Positions 36,771 through 45,912 of a stretch of 64,000 bases of DNA are shown here, one piece after another. The notes below the pieces were generated by a model. That model was not told where the DNA came from and did no database searches. It was given only the letters and a program-made list of their open reading frames with translations. A program made the position numbers and the translations under genes. This DNA is from Selenomonadaceae bacterium (GTDB lineage: Bacteria > Vulcanimicrobiota > Xenobia > Xenobiales > JADMJV01). The first letter of the stretch is position 1. Each line of letters opens with the position of its first letter. The stretch spans positions 58,693 through 122,692 of the forward strand of contig JBBCJA010000012.1 of NCBI GenBank assembly GCA_037189585.1, in the 5' to 3' direction.

Positions 36771-37892
36771 CTACTCACTGGCCGCGCTGGTGTCGGTTCT
36801 ATTTTCTGCCAAAGACTCATCGTCAAAAAGAGTCAGCTGAAGGGGTCTATCGTCGTGGAGCAGCCCGGAGAGACCGACCCCCAGAAGTCGCACCGGTCTT
36901 TGGTGATAGTCAGTCTTGCTCAAAAGTTCCATTCCCACCGCCAGGATCTCCCCAGTCGCTCGGGTGGGATGGGGCAAAGTGAAGCTACGCGTGATGGTCG
37001 AAAAGTCATCGTAGCGCAGCTTGAGAACGACGGTCGATCCACTAAGACGCGCCCGCCGGCAGCTCTCCGCGACCTCTTCAACTTGTTTGAGCAAGTGCTC
37101 ATGCAGAACCTCCGCCTCCCGGATATTCTGGGCAAAGGTGCGCTCAGTCGACAACGACTTTGCCTGCCCGCGGCGCTCGACGGGACGGTCGTCTTGCCCT
37201 CGAGCCAGTCGATAATACAAAAGTCCGGTCTTTCCGAACAGCTTGAGCGCCTCTTCCAACGACAGCGCGCGGAGCTGGGCGATGGTGTGGATCTCTAGTT
37301 TAGCCAATCGATCCACCGTGGCCGGTCCGATCCCCCAGATCCGTCCTACCGGCAAGGGGTCGAGAAATTCCCTCACCTGATCGGGCAGGACCACTGTCAA
37401 TCCGTTGGGTTTTCGCATGTCCGATGCGACCTTTGCCAAAAACTTGTTCGGTGCTACTCCAGCCGAGGCGGTGAGCCCGGTACTGTGAAAAATCTCGGCC
37501 TTGAGGTCGGCGGCCAGCCGGGTGGCGGTGATACCGAGTCGAGCCGAAGTTTCGGTTAGATCCAGGAACGCCTCGTCGATGGAGAGCGGCTCCACCAACG
37601 CGGTGTAGCGCTCGAAGATCTCCCGGACCTGGCGAGAGGTCTCCACATAGACCTCCATCCTCACGGGCTGGCGATGGAGCGGGGGACAGCGGCGGAAGGC
37701 CTCCCCCATGCTCATGGCGCTTCGGATACCATACCGCCTGGCTTCGTACGAGGCGGCCGCCACCACTCCGCGCCGGTCCTGACTTCCTCCGACCACCACA
37801 GGCAAGCCCTTAAGATGAGGGAAATCACGCTGCTCGATGGAGGCGTAAAAGGCGTCCATGTCCAGGTGGACGATCTTGCGAAGCATGCTCAA
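36771..37892 (-). CDS. dinB: DNA polymerase IV (Y-family translesion polymerase)
   Basis: IVHLDMDAFYASIEQRD, PVVVGG, SYEARRYGIRSAMS and the little-finger domain. Confidence 0.9.
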   Translation of the reverse strand: MSMLRKIVHLDMDAFYASIEQRDFPHLKGLPVVVGGSQDRRGVVAAASYEARRYGIRSAMSMGEAFRRCPPLHRQPVRMEVYVETSRQVREIFERYTALVEPLSIDEAFLDLTETSARLGITATRLAADLKAEIFHSTGLTASAGVAPNKFLAKVASDMRKPNGLTVVLPDQVREFLDPLPVGRIWGIGPATVDRLAKLEIHTIAQLRALSLEEALKLFGKTGLLYYRLARGQDDRPVERRGQAKSLSTERTFAQNIREAEVLHEHLLKQVEEVAESCRRARLSGSTVVLKLRYDDFSTITRSFTLPHPTRATGEILAVGMELLSKTDYHQRPVRLLGVGLSGLLHDDRPLQLTLFDDESLAENRTDTSAASE

Positions 37893-37932
37893 GTGTCCAT
37901 TCTGAATCAGAAATGCGATCCGAGCAAGAGAG

Positions 37933-37966
37933 TCGCCGCCAGCTTTCGCGCGGTAGCGCTGCCAGT
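37933..37966. repeat. Dispersed repeat unit (copy G) abutting tandem array 2
   Basis: GTCGCCGCCAGCTTTCGCGCGGTAGCGCTGCCAG shares the CCGCCAGCTTTCGC core with copies E, F and H. Confidence 0.5.
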
Positions 37967-38424
37967 TTTTCTGATCGCGCGCACCTCACGCGGGCAACGC
38001 TGCCAGTTTTCCTGATAGCGCGCACCTCGCACGGGCAACGCTGCCAGTTTTCTGCGATAGCGCGCCCTTCGCGCGGGCAACGCTGCCAGTTTTCTTGATA
38101 GCACGCACATCGCGCGGGCAACGCTGCCAGTTTTTCTGATAGCGCGCCCCTCACGCGGGCAACGCTGCCAGTTTTCTGCGATAGCGCGCACCTCACGCGG
38201 GCAACGCTGCCAGTTTTTTTGATAGCGCACCTCGCGCGGGTAGCGCTTCCAGTTTTTTTGATAGCGCACCTCGCGCGGGTAACGCTACCAGTTTTTTGAT
38301 AGCGCACCTCGCACGGGCAACGCTGCCAGTTTTCTGCGATAGCACGCCCCCTCGCGCGGGTAACGCTGCCAGTTTTCTGCGATAGCACGCCCCTCACGCG
38401 GGCAACGCTGCCAGTTTCCGCGAT
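37950..38424. repeat. Tandem array of about 12 degenerate ~41-bp units (array 2), the reverse-complement orientation of array 1
   Basis: The unit is GCGGGCAACGCTGCCAGTTTTyCTGATAGCGCGCACCTCrC. The reverse complement of its constant half, AAAACTGGCAGCGTTGCCCGC, differs from array 1's AAAACTGGCAGCACTGCCCGC by 2 nt. Confidence 0.8.
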
Positions 38425-38437
38425 AGGTGGGAAGGGA

Positions 38438-39319
38438 CTAGCCTGAGATGGCTTTGGTCATCTGATGGAGCGCTGCCTTCTGGCGAAAGCCCAACGAGGT
38501 GTAGAGCTTGAGAAATTCCGGGTTGTCCGTCTTCCAGATCTGGCGAATCAGCTTCACTTCTGGCTGTTGCCAGGCGAATTCCAAAGCGGAGCACAAAAGA
38601 GCCACGCCGTAGCCGTGACGCCTGTAGTCAGAGCGAATTCCAAAGGATTCGATGATGGCTGTCTCTTCGGCTAACTCCAGCTCCAAGAATCCAACCATCT
38701 GGCTCTCACGTTCGGCCACGAAGATATGATAATCGGGGAGCGACAGAAGGAGGTCCAGAAACTGTCGGCTGCGAGGTTGAAATATCTTGCCGTGCAACGC
38801 GATATAAGCATCGCGATCAAAAGCCTTCCCTCCAACCACGTGGCGCAGGGTCAAGCCGGGAACTTCCGGCTTCCCGCCCTGATACGGCTGGTCGCAAGTC
38901 ACGATAAGCTGAGTGCTTCCCTGCTTGAAACCCAATCTTTTCAGAAACTTCTCGCCCAGCCTGTTCTCGTCTTCTAAAAGAACGGAGACGGTGGAGACCC
39001 GCCGCGAGCGCATCAGGTCGGCGAGTTCGTGCCAGAGCCTCTCCCCCAATCCCTGGCCTCGCTCGGAATAAGCCACAACCGGCCCATCCATACGGGCGTG
39101 CCCGTCAGATGGGGTGGAGTAACCGCAGAAGCCTAATAGGTCGCCCTTTTGGCTTTCCACTACGAGATAGTCTTTTTTGGGATCGCCACCTCTTTCAGAG
39201 ATCTCGGCCTTGAGGCGATCAGGAGTCAAACCGGAAAGTCTAGCGGAATCCCGGTAGGTCTGATTAAGAAGGTCGGCGACGGGCAGATAATCGGAGGCTT
39301 GGAAATGACGGATGATCAT
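38438..39319 (-). CDS. Tandem-GNAT N-acetyltransferase (MshD-like architecture)
   Basis: Two acetyl-CoA-binding motifs: RGQGLGERLWHEL and RRHGYGVALL. Confidence 0.7.
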   Translation of the reverse strand: MIIRHFQASDYLPVADLLNQTYRDSARLSGLTPDRLKAEISERGGDPKKDYLVVESQKGDLLGFCGYSTPSDGHARMDGPVVAYSERGQGLGERLWHELADLMRSRRVSTVSVLLEDENRLGEKFLKRLGFKQGSTQLIVTCDQPYQGGKPEVPGLTLRHVVGGKAFDRDAYIALHGKIFQPRSRQFLDLLLSLPDYHIFVAERESQMVGFLELELAEETAIIESFGIRSDYRRHGYGVALLCSALEFAWQQPEVKLIRQIWKTDNPEFLKLYTSLGFRQKAALHQMTKAISG

Positions 39320-41241
39320 GGCTTGAGTCTGATTCTTTTTCTCACCGGCTCGGACTGTCCTGTCGCCGGGTCGGCCAGTCCGGGCGGTTTGGGCCCAGGA
39401 TATTGAAAGAGTTCACAGGGGATCGTACCGTTGTAGATTTTGCGGACTCGTTCCGGCTCTTTCCCATAATGAGAGACGAAATTTTCAAACCCCGTATAAA
39501 AGTAAAGCGACCAAGTCTCGTGAAGCGGCTCGAAAACCTCAGCCATGGTTTCAGTCAACGCGGCCACCTCATCTTGAGAGGAGAGGCGTTTTCCATAGGG
39601 CGGGTTGGTGATCAACACGCCGTAACGCCGAGACGTCTCGAAGTCCGCCACATCTCGAGTTTGAAAGTGCAACCCAAGTCCCTCAAAGCCGGCTTGAGTC
39701 ACGTGTTCGCGAGCCAGTTTGAGGACGCGTCCGTCGACATCGCTACCGTAAAGACGGAGGTGCGCTCGTCGCACCTGGAGGTCACGCGCCTCTTTGTGGA
39801 CCTCCTCCCACGGCTTGCGTCCCAACCAGTCCCAGCGCTGGGAGGCAAACGAACGGTCCAAGCCGGCCGCTTTTCTCAGGCCGATACTGGCCGCTTCCAA
39901 GAGGATGGTTCCACTGCCGCACATCGGGTCGTACAATTCGCGCTCCGGGCTCCAATGGGAAAGCAGAACCAGAGCCGCGGCCACCGTCTCGCGCAGGGGC
40001 GCCTTGGCGTTGTAAGTGCGATAACCACGCCGATGGAGACCTTCACCCGAGGTGTCGATGAAAACCCGAGCCCGATTGTAGACGATAAAGACACGAATAG
40101 CGAATTTCGCACCGCTTTCCGAAAAGGCGGCTCGACCGTAGGTCTCGGACATCTTTTGAATGGCGGCCTTTTTCGCTACAGCCTGACAGGAGGAGACACT
40201 TTCGAGCTTCGACTTGGTGGTGATCGCCTCAACGGGGAACCAGGCGTCGCGTGGCAGCATGGCGGCCCAGTCGATGGCGAGCACGCCCTGGTAGAGCTCC
40301 TCGAAGTCACGACACGGAAACTCGGCCAACTGTAGCCAGACGCGGTCGGCCGTGCGCAGCCAGTAGTTGGCTTTGGCCAGGTTGTAAGGAGAGAAAGGGA
40401 AAGAGACCTGGGCGTTCTGGCGCGAGATCGGACCCAAATCCAAAGCTTCGAGCTCTCGTCCGACGGTCAATTCCAGTCCTAGAGCGCATGTCGCAACCAG
40501 CTTGAGCTGCTGATCGGCTGGAGGCTGGTTGAATTTCTCGGAGTCGGGGGCACGATAGTGCTCTCCGTCGCGGCGTCGGCTGTAACCGCCCTCGCGTCTT
40601 GCCACCGGCGCATTCTGGTTCTCGTGTCTTTGTCCGTGTTCTCGTTGGGGCGGTCGGCGAAAATCATCCCGACGCGGCCCGTCATCGCTACGAGGACCTC
40701 CATCGCGGGTATAGCCACCCTCGCGGCGCGGACCGCCCTCGCGGTTATAGCCTCCACCCTCACGGCGGGGACCACCCTCGCGGTTATAGCCTCCACCCTC
40801 GCGGCGCGGACCACCCTCGCGGTTATAGCCTCCACCCTCACGACGGGGACCACCCTCTCTGCGCGGACCGCCCTCACGATTGTAACCTCCATCCTCGCGG
40901 CGGGGTCCGCCCTCGCGGTTATAGCCTCCACCCTCACGACGGGGACCACCCTCGCGGTTATAGCCTCCGCCTTCACGACGGGGACCACCCTCGCGGTTAT
41001 AGCCTCCACCCTCGCGGCGGGGACCACCCTCGCGATTATAGCCGCCGCCCTCGCGGCGCGGACCGCCCTCCCGACTGTAGCCGCCGCCCTCACGACGGGG
41101 ACCACCCTCTCTGCGCGGGCCGCCTTCACGGCCATAGCCGCCGCCTCGGTCCTGACCTCCTTCTGGAGGTGAGCTTCTCCTCTGGCCTCGAGAGGGTCGA
41201 CGGGGGGCGTCGCCCTTGGGATCTCTATCGTGTGGCTCCAT
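39316..41241 (-). CDS. THUMP-domain class I SAM-dependent RNA methyltransferase (RlmL/UPF0020-like) with a ~230-aa N-terminal Arg/Gly-rich tandem-repeat extension
   Basis: The C-terminal part carries DPMCGSGTILLEAA (motif I) and NPPYGKRL (motif IV). The N-terminus is about 13 copies of REGGPRREGGGYN. No alternative start is available at the THUMP boundary, which is encoded CTC-AAG-CTG. Confidence 0.65.
   Translation of the reverse strand: MEPHDRDPKGDAPRRPSRGQRRSSPPEGGQDRGGGYGREGGPRREGGPRREGGGYSREGGPRREGGGYNREGGPRREGGGYNREGGPRREGGGYNREGGPRREGGGYNREGGPRREDGGYNREGGPRREGGPRREGGGYNREGGPRREGGGYNREGGPRREGGGYNREGGPRREGGYTRDGGPRSDDGPRRDDFRRPPQREHGQRHENQNAPVARREGGYSRRRDGEHYRAPDSEKFNQPPADQQLKLVATCALGLELTVGRELEALDLGPISRQNAQVSFPFSPYNLAKANYWLRTADRVWLQLAEFPCRDFEELYQGVLAIDWAAMLPRDAWFPVEAITTKSKLESVSSCQAVAKKAAIQKMSETYGRAAFSESGAKFAIRVFIVYNRARVFIDTSGEGLHRRGYRTYNAKAPLRETVAAALVLLSHWSPERELYDPMCGSGTILLEAASIGLRKAAGLDRSFASQRWDWLGRKPWEEVHKEARDLQVRRAHLRLYGSDVDGRVLKLAREHVTQAGFEGLGLHFQTRDVADFETSRRYGVLITNPPYGKRLSSQDEVAALTETMAEVFEPLHETWSLYFYTGFENFVSHYGKEPERVRKIYNGTIPCELFQYPGPKPPGLADPATGQSEPVRKRIRLKP
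40650..41165. repeat. Coding tandem repeat with a 39-bp period (about 13 copies) encoding the REGGPRREGGGYN array
   Basis: The 39-nt unit ACCCTCGCGGTTATAGCCTCCACCCTCGCGGCGCGGACC is reiterated. The overlapping ORFs on other frames and strands are artefacts of the repeat. Confidence 0.7.
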
Positions 41242-41782
41242 GCGCTTTCAACCATTCCACTACGTTCGGGAAGCCCTGATCTCGAGCCTGAGACAGCGGA
41301 GTCCATCCTTCGTAGTCGCGAGAATTTACGTTGGCTCCGGCCGCGACCAGAACCTTCACTACCGAAAGGTGACCGTTGAAAGCCGCAACGTGCAGCGGCG
41401 TGCCTCCGTTCACCGATTCTTTAACATTGGGCGAGGCGCCCGCTTTCAAAAGCGCCCGCATAGCTTTGTCCAATCCAGACAGAGCCGCCTCGTGCTGGGG
41501 TGTCCAGCCCTTCTCCTGGGTCACCGGCCAACCCGCGGCCAGAGCCTGACTCCAAAACTCTTCCCCCCGCGGTAGAACCAGATGAAGCAGCCCGTGTCCG
41601 CCCCGACGCACTCGAAAGAGGTCCCCGATACTGTGAGTTCGCAGAACTTCTCCGAACTGTTCCGCCGTTCCGTCTTCAGCCACAGCCATGGCCTCAGGCC
41701 CGGTCAAAGCCCAACATGTCCGCTCTGTCCCCCACAGGAGAAGAAAGGACAAAGCGTAGATTATCAACCGGCGAATGAACAC
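41225..41782 (-). CDS. Secreted ankyrin-repeat protein
   Basis: Signal peptide, then at least three ANK repeats: GWTPQHEAA, GGTPLHVAAFNGHLSVVKVLVAAGANVN and EGWTPLSQA. Confidence 0.7.
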   Translation of the reverse strand: MFIRRLIIYALSFLLLWGTERTCWALTGPEAMAVAEDGTAEQFGEVLRTHSIGDLFRVRRGGHGLLHLVLPRGEEFWSQALAAGWPVTQEKGWTPQHEAALSGLDKAMRALLKAGASPNVKESVNGGTPLHVAAFNGHLSVVKVLVAAGANVNSRDYEGWTPLSQARDQGFPNVVEWLKAHGATR

Positions 41783-41937
41783 GTTTGGTCAATATATAGG
41801 CCCGAGTGCAACCTGGCAACACAAAAGGTGATCGGTTGGCCACGACGTAAACGGGCCCCATCAATCGTGGCTCTCAAAGCGCTGACCTAGATGGTGGCCT
41901 GAACTTCGAGTTTTTTCGCGCCAACCTGGGCAACCTT

Positions 41938-43098
41938 ATGGTGTTGACCGGGAGCGTCATGTTCGTGCTGCTTCCCGATTATCTTCAAGCTCAACATATG
42001 ACCAAGTCCAAGATTGGGCTTATTGATGGAAGTTTTTGGCTCATCTCCATTTTCGTCCAACCCTGGCTAGGCCAACGCCTCGATAAAGATGGACGTAAGC
42101 TGTACCTGCTTCTAGGCTCCTTCCTGATGGCGTTGGCGGCGGCCTCCTACGCCTTTGTTCCGGTCGAGTTAGTTCCGATGCTCGTAGCACGCCTTATTCA
42201 TGGCTTCGGTTTCGCGTGCTATCTCACCGCCAGCTGGACCTGGGTGGCGGATTTCTCTCCGCCTAGCAAGGTGGGTCAATTCTTTGGAATCTTTGGGATC
42301 TCTGGAATGTTGGCTGGTGCCATCGGCCCAGGCGCGGCCGAATACGTGGTCGCGCGTGACAATTTCGACCACCTCTTTTTCTGGGGTGCTGGCGCCATCT
42401 TCACCGGATGTCTGGTCCTCACGACCCTATCGGATCGAGTTCCAGAGCCTACGAGCAAGGTCAAACCGCCGGACTTTTTCAGCCTGGTTCGAGCTCAGAG
42501 TCTGCGCGGGATGGTTATAGGCTCGATAGCTTTCGGGATCGCGATAGGCAGCCTTTTCGCTTTCATCGCTCCTTACCTGACAACTCTGGAACTCGATGGA
42601 GTCGGTTGGATGTTCGCCGCCACCACTCTGGCCTCGGGGGCTAGCCGCATTTACGCCGGTCAAATGACCGATCGCCTGGGCCCGGCCAAAATGATCGGAC
42701 CATCGATTTTTCTACTGGCCGTCGGATGCTATGGGCTCGCCCACGTGGGTGATGCCGGTAGGTACGCCATGGCAGTCCTCGTCGCCTCAGGCCTCTCGGC
42801 CGGACTAGGTTACGGGGTGATCTACCCAGCGCTCAACGCCGTGGCCATCGAGCGACTGGACTCGGCGACACGGGGACGCGGTCTGGCTTTGGTCACCGCC
42901 TCCGTCGACTCGGGAAGCTTCACCGGAGCGGCGGTGTCGGGCTTTGTCGCCGACCATTGGGGTTTCCCTGTGGCTTTCCAGACCATCTCTATACTGCTAG
43001 TTTTGTTTCTCGTGGGTTTCGCGAACGCGGAAAGGCGTAGCGGAAAACTTCGTGTCGCTACGTCCGATGAGGAGGAAACATCCCCTCCAGGCGAATGA
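41938..43098 (+). CDS. MFS transporter
   Basis: 12 predicted TM segments and MFS loop motifs (GQRLDKDGRK between TM2 and TM3). Confidence 0.75.
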   Translation: MVLTGSVMFVLLPDYLQAQHMTKSKIGLIDGSFWLISIFVQPWLGQRLDKDGRKLYLLLGSFLMALAAASYAFVPVELVPMLVARLIHGFGFACYLTASWTWVADFSPPSKVGQFFGIFGISGMLAGAIGPGAAEYVVARDNFDHLFFWGAGAIFTGCLVLTTLSDRVPEPTSKVKPPDFFSLVRAQSLRGMVIGSIAFGIAIGSLFAFIAPYLTTLELDGVGWMFAATTLASGASRIYAGQMTDRLGPAKMIGPSIFLLAVGCYGLAHVGDAGRYAMAVLVASGLSAGLGYGVIYPALNAVAIERLDSATRGRGLALVTASVDSGSFTGAAVSGFVADHWGFPVAFQTISILLVLFLVGFANAERRSGKLRVATSDEEETSPPGE

Positions 43099-44050
43099 GC
43101 AGAGTCTTGAGATTGCAGGACTCCGTGACCGCTCCCAGATCTTCGGCCGCCTTCGGCATGGCGGAAACGCCCGCCGTCAGGGAAGACTGGCCCAAAGTTA
43201 AGCCTCCTGCTTGGCGTAGCTCCAGAAGGCCCTGTGCTCCGTCCCGTCCCATCCCGGACAGAACCACCCCCACGGTGGAATGAGGATGAGAGATAGCAAG
43301 AGATTGAAACAGCCGACTGGCCGAGGGACAATGGCCGTCCTGCTTTCGACTGTCGGTCAAAGAGACGGTGAAGTTTCCCACTTCCAAATGACGCCCATGC
43401 GGAGCCACCAGGCATTTCCCTGTGGCGATAGGGGCTCCGCTGGTCGCCACTTCGACCTCCCAGCCCGTGGTGCGGGAAAGCCAACGTGCGAAGTTTTCCT
43501 CGCCCCCCTCGGGAAGATGCTGTACCACAAAACAGGACAGATCCCGACCGACCAACCGCGCCAGAATGCTTTCCAGAACTTGAGGGCTTCCCGAGGAAGC
43601 TCCGACGGCCAAAATTCTCCGATTTCCAGGAGGGCCGCGACGCGGGTCGCGGCGACGAAAAACCTTGACCGAGCTCATGATCACGAGCTGGTTGAGGAGC
43701 TGCTCCAACGCCTCCTCACTCGGCTCGAGCGAAAGCCCTTTCTCCACCACCGAAACCACCCCGGCCTCCTCCGCCGAGGGAGACCAAAACGAGGCTGAGG
43801 CGGAGAACAAGACGACCGGGACGGGATAGAGGCGGAGAAGCTTCTGTACTGTTTCCGGTCCGGACATCCCCGGAAGCTGGGCATCCATGGTGACGACATG
43901 AGGCTGGACGAAACCGACGGACTCCAAGAGCTCCTCCCCTCGCGAGTAGGCTCCAACAACCATCAGACGAGGATGAGAGTCGATACAGGCCCGTAGGTAC
44001 TCGCGCTGAAAAGCGGAGTCCTCGACGATGGCGACTCGGATCCTCTTCAC
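43058..44050 (-). CDS. cheB: Chemotaxis response regulator protein-glutamate methylesterase
   Basis: N-terminal REC domain (VAIVEDS ... TMDAQLPGMSG) plus a CheB methylesterase domain (GASSGSPQ ... TAGVSAMP). Confidence 0.85.
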   Translation of the reverse strand: MKRIRVAIVEDSAFQREYLRACIDSHPRLMVVGAYSRGEELLESVGFVQPHVVTMDAQLPGMSGPETVQKLLRLYPVPVVLFSASASFWSPSAEEAGVVSVVEKGLSLEPSEEALEQLLNQLVIMSSVKVFRRRDPRRGPPGNRRILAVGASSGSPQVLESILARLVGRDLSCFVVQHLPEGGEENFARWLSRTTGWEVEVATSGAPIATGKCLVAPHGRHLEVGNFTVSLTDSRKQDGHCPSASRLFQSLAISHPHSTVGVVLSGMGRDGAQGLLELRQAGGLTLGQSSLTAGVSAMPKAAEDLGAVTESCNLKTLLIRLEGMFPPHRT

Positions 44051-45912
44051 AAAAGCTCCTCCACCAGTCCGATAAGGCGCTCTTGAGAGAAGTTCTGCTT
44101 GCCCAAGCAGCGGTCGGCCCCCAGAGCGGAAGCTTTCTCGAAAGTCGCCACATCATCGATGGAAGTCAGTAAGATAAAGGGGACATCGGCTGTTCGAGCG
44201 TCGGCCCGGAACTGCTCCAAAAATTCCAATCCGTCGAGGTTGGGCATCTGGTAGTCGCTAACCACCAGAGCCACGTTCTCGCTTCGTGACGTCTCCAGGC
44301 CCTCCAAACCATCACGAGCGACCAGGACCCGGTATCCTTGACTAGTCAGAATCCCGCTTACCAGGGTTCTGGTAGTGACCGAGTCATCGACCACCAGCAG
44401 CAGCGGTCCGGCAGCCTCCGCAACCCCTCCCCCGGAATATACTGGAACTTCTCGACCTTCCTCTTGTAAGGCCCTCAGGGAGATCACCGGGACGGGACGC
44501 CCACGGGTCGGTGTGACCCCAATGATGGCTCTGTCTAGACTGGAAAAGCCGACCAAAGGTCGCACTAAAGCCTCGTCGAAGTCACCCAGGACGTCGATAC
44601 CGACAGCCGCTGACTCATCCTCGTCATGTTTCCAAAGCAAGGCGTAATGGCTCTTAGCGGGCACGGCGGGGTAACCCAGGACGCTGGCCAACTCCCCCAG
44701 CCAGCGCATCTTTCCTTGGGACGATTTGACGTCGCTTACCGCCAAAAGCTCGGAACTCAGAACCGCCAGCTCTTGCCCGCCTGAGGTAACCCGCAACACC
44801 GAGCGCATCTGCCAACCCGCGGGAATTTCGAGACGAAAGGTGGTGCCGCTCGGTCCGCTATCCACCGCGACCGTACCGTTGAGTCGCTGTGCTGTTTCAG
44901 CCACCACCGAAAGACCCATACCGCGCCCGGCGGTCAGGTCGGCCTGTCCTCTAGTGGAAAGCCCGGGAAAAAAGATCCATTGCTGACGCTCCTGGACCGT
45001 CAATTCGTTCCAGCCCGCCTCGTCGAGGTGTCCAGCTCCAATCACCGCGGACTTGAGACGTTCCAGGTTCAACCCTCCACCGTGGTCGGAAACGGAGAGC
45101 TCGAGAAACGAATCTCGGCGCCGATAGTCAAGTTCCAACCCGCCCGAGTCCCCCGGTGTCCCATGGCTTACCGCGTTTCCGACCAGATGGATCAGAGCCG
45201 GGCGTAGAGCTAGCACGGTCTCTCTTTCGAGCTGGTCAGGCGCGACCCTGACCGTCACCCGCACCTGCTTAGCGTTCTCGACAGCCACTCTTCGAGCCAA
45301 CTCGGGAAGACCCGAAAAGAGCTCATAAGAGGGAACGAGAGCCATTTTCCTAGCTCCCTCACGGATCGCCTTCATCCGTTCGATGAGCAACGTCAAGGAG
45401 GCGCTCACGACTTGCGTCGAGGGCGCCTCGTTCTCGTTTAACCCCTCGGCCAGCTCCTCACCCATCCCCAAAAGCTCGTCGAGCGCCAACAGGAGCTCAT
45501 AGGCCGAGGTTCCGCTAGCTTCCCTAGGGCGACCCGTGACAGCCTTCATTTCCATCGAGTCTCCGAAGACTTCTTCGGATCCATCCGTCTCTTGATCATC
45601 GAGGGCGGAAGCCACCGCCTCTTCCAGATCCCACAACTCATCGAGAAAACGCTCCGGTTTTGTCCGCGTTTTCAAGGCCCCCATCACCAACTCCTCAAGG
45701 GCGTGAACCCTCTCCGGCAGACCGGGAAGCTGGAGCAATCTCACACTTCCCTTGATGGTATGAAGCTCACGGCGAAGATCGGGCAAGCCGGTCATCTCGG
45801 TCTGGGCATCTGGCGAATAGGCGTCCCAATCCCTCCGAACAGCGGCCATTTGACCTGCGAACTCCCCACGAAAGGCCTCAAGGAGCGAACTCTGGACCTG
45901 CTCCCTTTTCAT
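44047..45912 (-). CDS. cheA: CheA-type histidine kinase with a C-terminal receiver domain (CheA-REC hybrid). Start at MKREQVQ, ATGA-coupled to the upstream cheW.
   Basis: HPt domain (LHTIKGSVRLL), HATPase (HLVGNAVSHGTPG ... DHGGGL ... GRGMGLSVV), a CheW-like domain, and a REC domain (LLVVDDSVTTR ... DYQMPNLDG). The 123-aa N-terminal extension of the track ORF overlaps cheW and is rejected. Confidence 0.85.
   Translation of the reverse strand: MKREQVQSSLLEAFRGEFAGQMAAVRRDWDAYSPDAQTEMTGLPDLRRELHTIKGSVRLLQLPGLPERVHALEELVMGALKTRTKPERFLDELWDLEEAVASALDDQETDGSEEVFGDSMEMKAVTGRPREASGTSAYELLLALDELLGMGEELAEGLNENEAPSTQVVSASLTLLIERMKAIREGARKMALVPSYELFSGLPELARRVAVENAKQVRVTVRVAPDQLERETVLALRPALIHLVGNAVSHGTPGDSGGLELDYRRRDSFLELSVSDHGGGLNLERLKSAVIGAGHLDEAGWNELTVQERQQWIFFPGLSTRGQADLTAGRGMGLSVVAETAQRLNGTVAVDSGPSGTTFRLEIPAGWQMRSVLRVTSGGQELAVLSSELLAVSDVKSSQGKMRWLGELASVLGYPAVPAKSHYALLWKHDEDESAAVGIDVLGDFDEALVRPLVGFSSLDRAIIGVTPTRGRPVPVISLRALQEEGREVPVYSGGGVAEAAGPLLLVVDDSVTTRTLVSGILTSQGYRVLVARDGLEGLETSRSENVALVVSDYQMPNLDGLEFLEQFRADARTADVPFILLTSIDDVATFEKASALGADRCLGKQNFSQERLIGLVEELL

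Noticed and set aside
37825-38397. Track ORFs running through the tandem arrays (37825..38397, 37907..38269, 37913..38098, 13018..13227, 13239..13445)
   Set aside because: The reading frames are generated by a 41-bp periodic non-coding repeat whose period is not a multiple of 3. The products are pure repeat peptides. They have no starts with an SD and overlap each other.
40479-41306. Alternative-frame and opposite-strand ORFs across the 39-bp coding repeat (40479..41306 -, 40558..41172 +, 40599..41279 +)
   Set aside because: These are by-products of the periodic GC-rich repeat. Only the frame continuous with the THUMP-methyltransferase domain gives a coherent protein.
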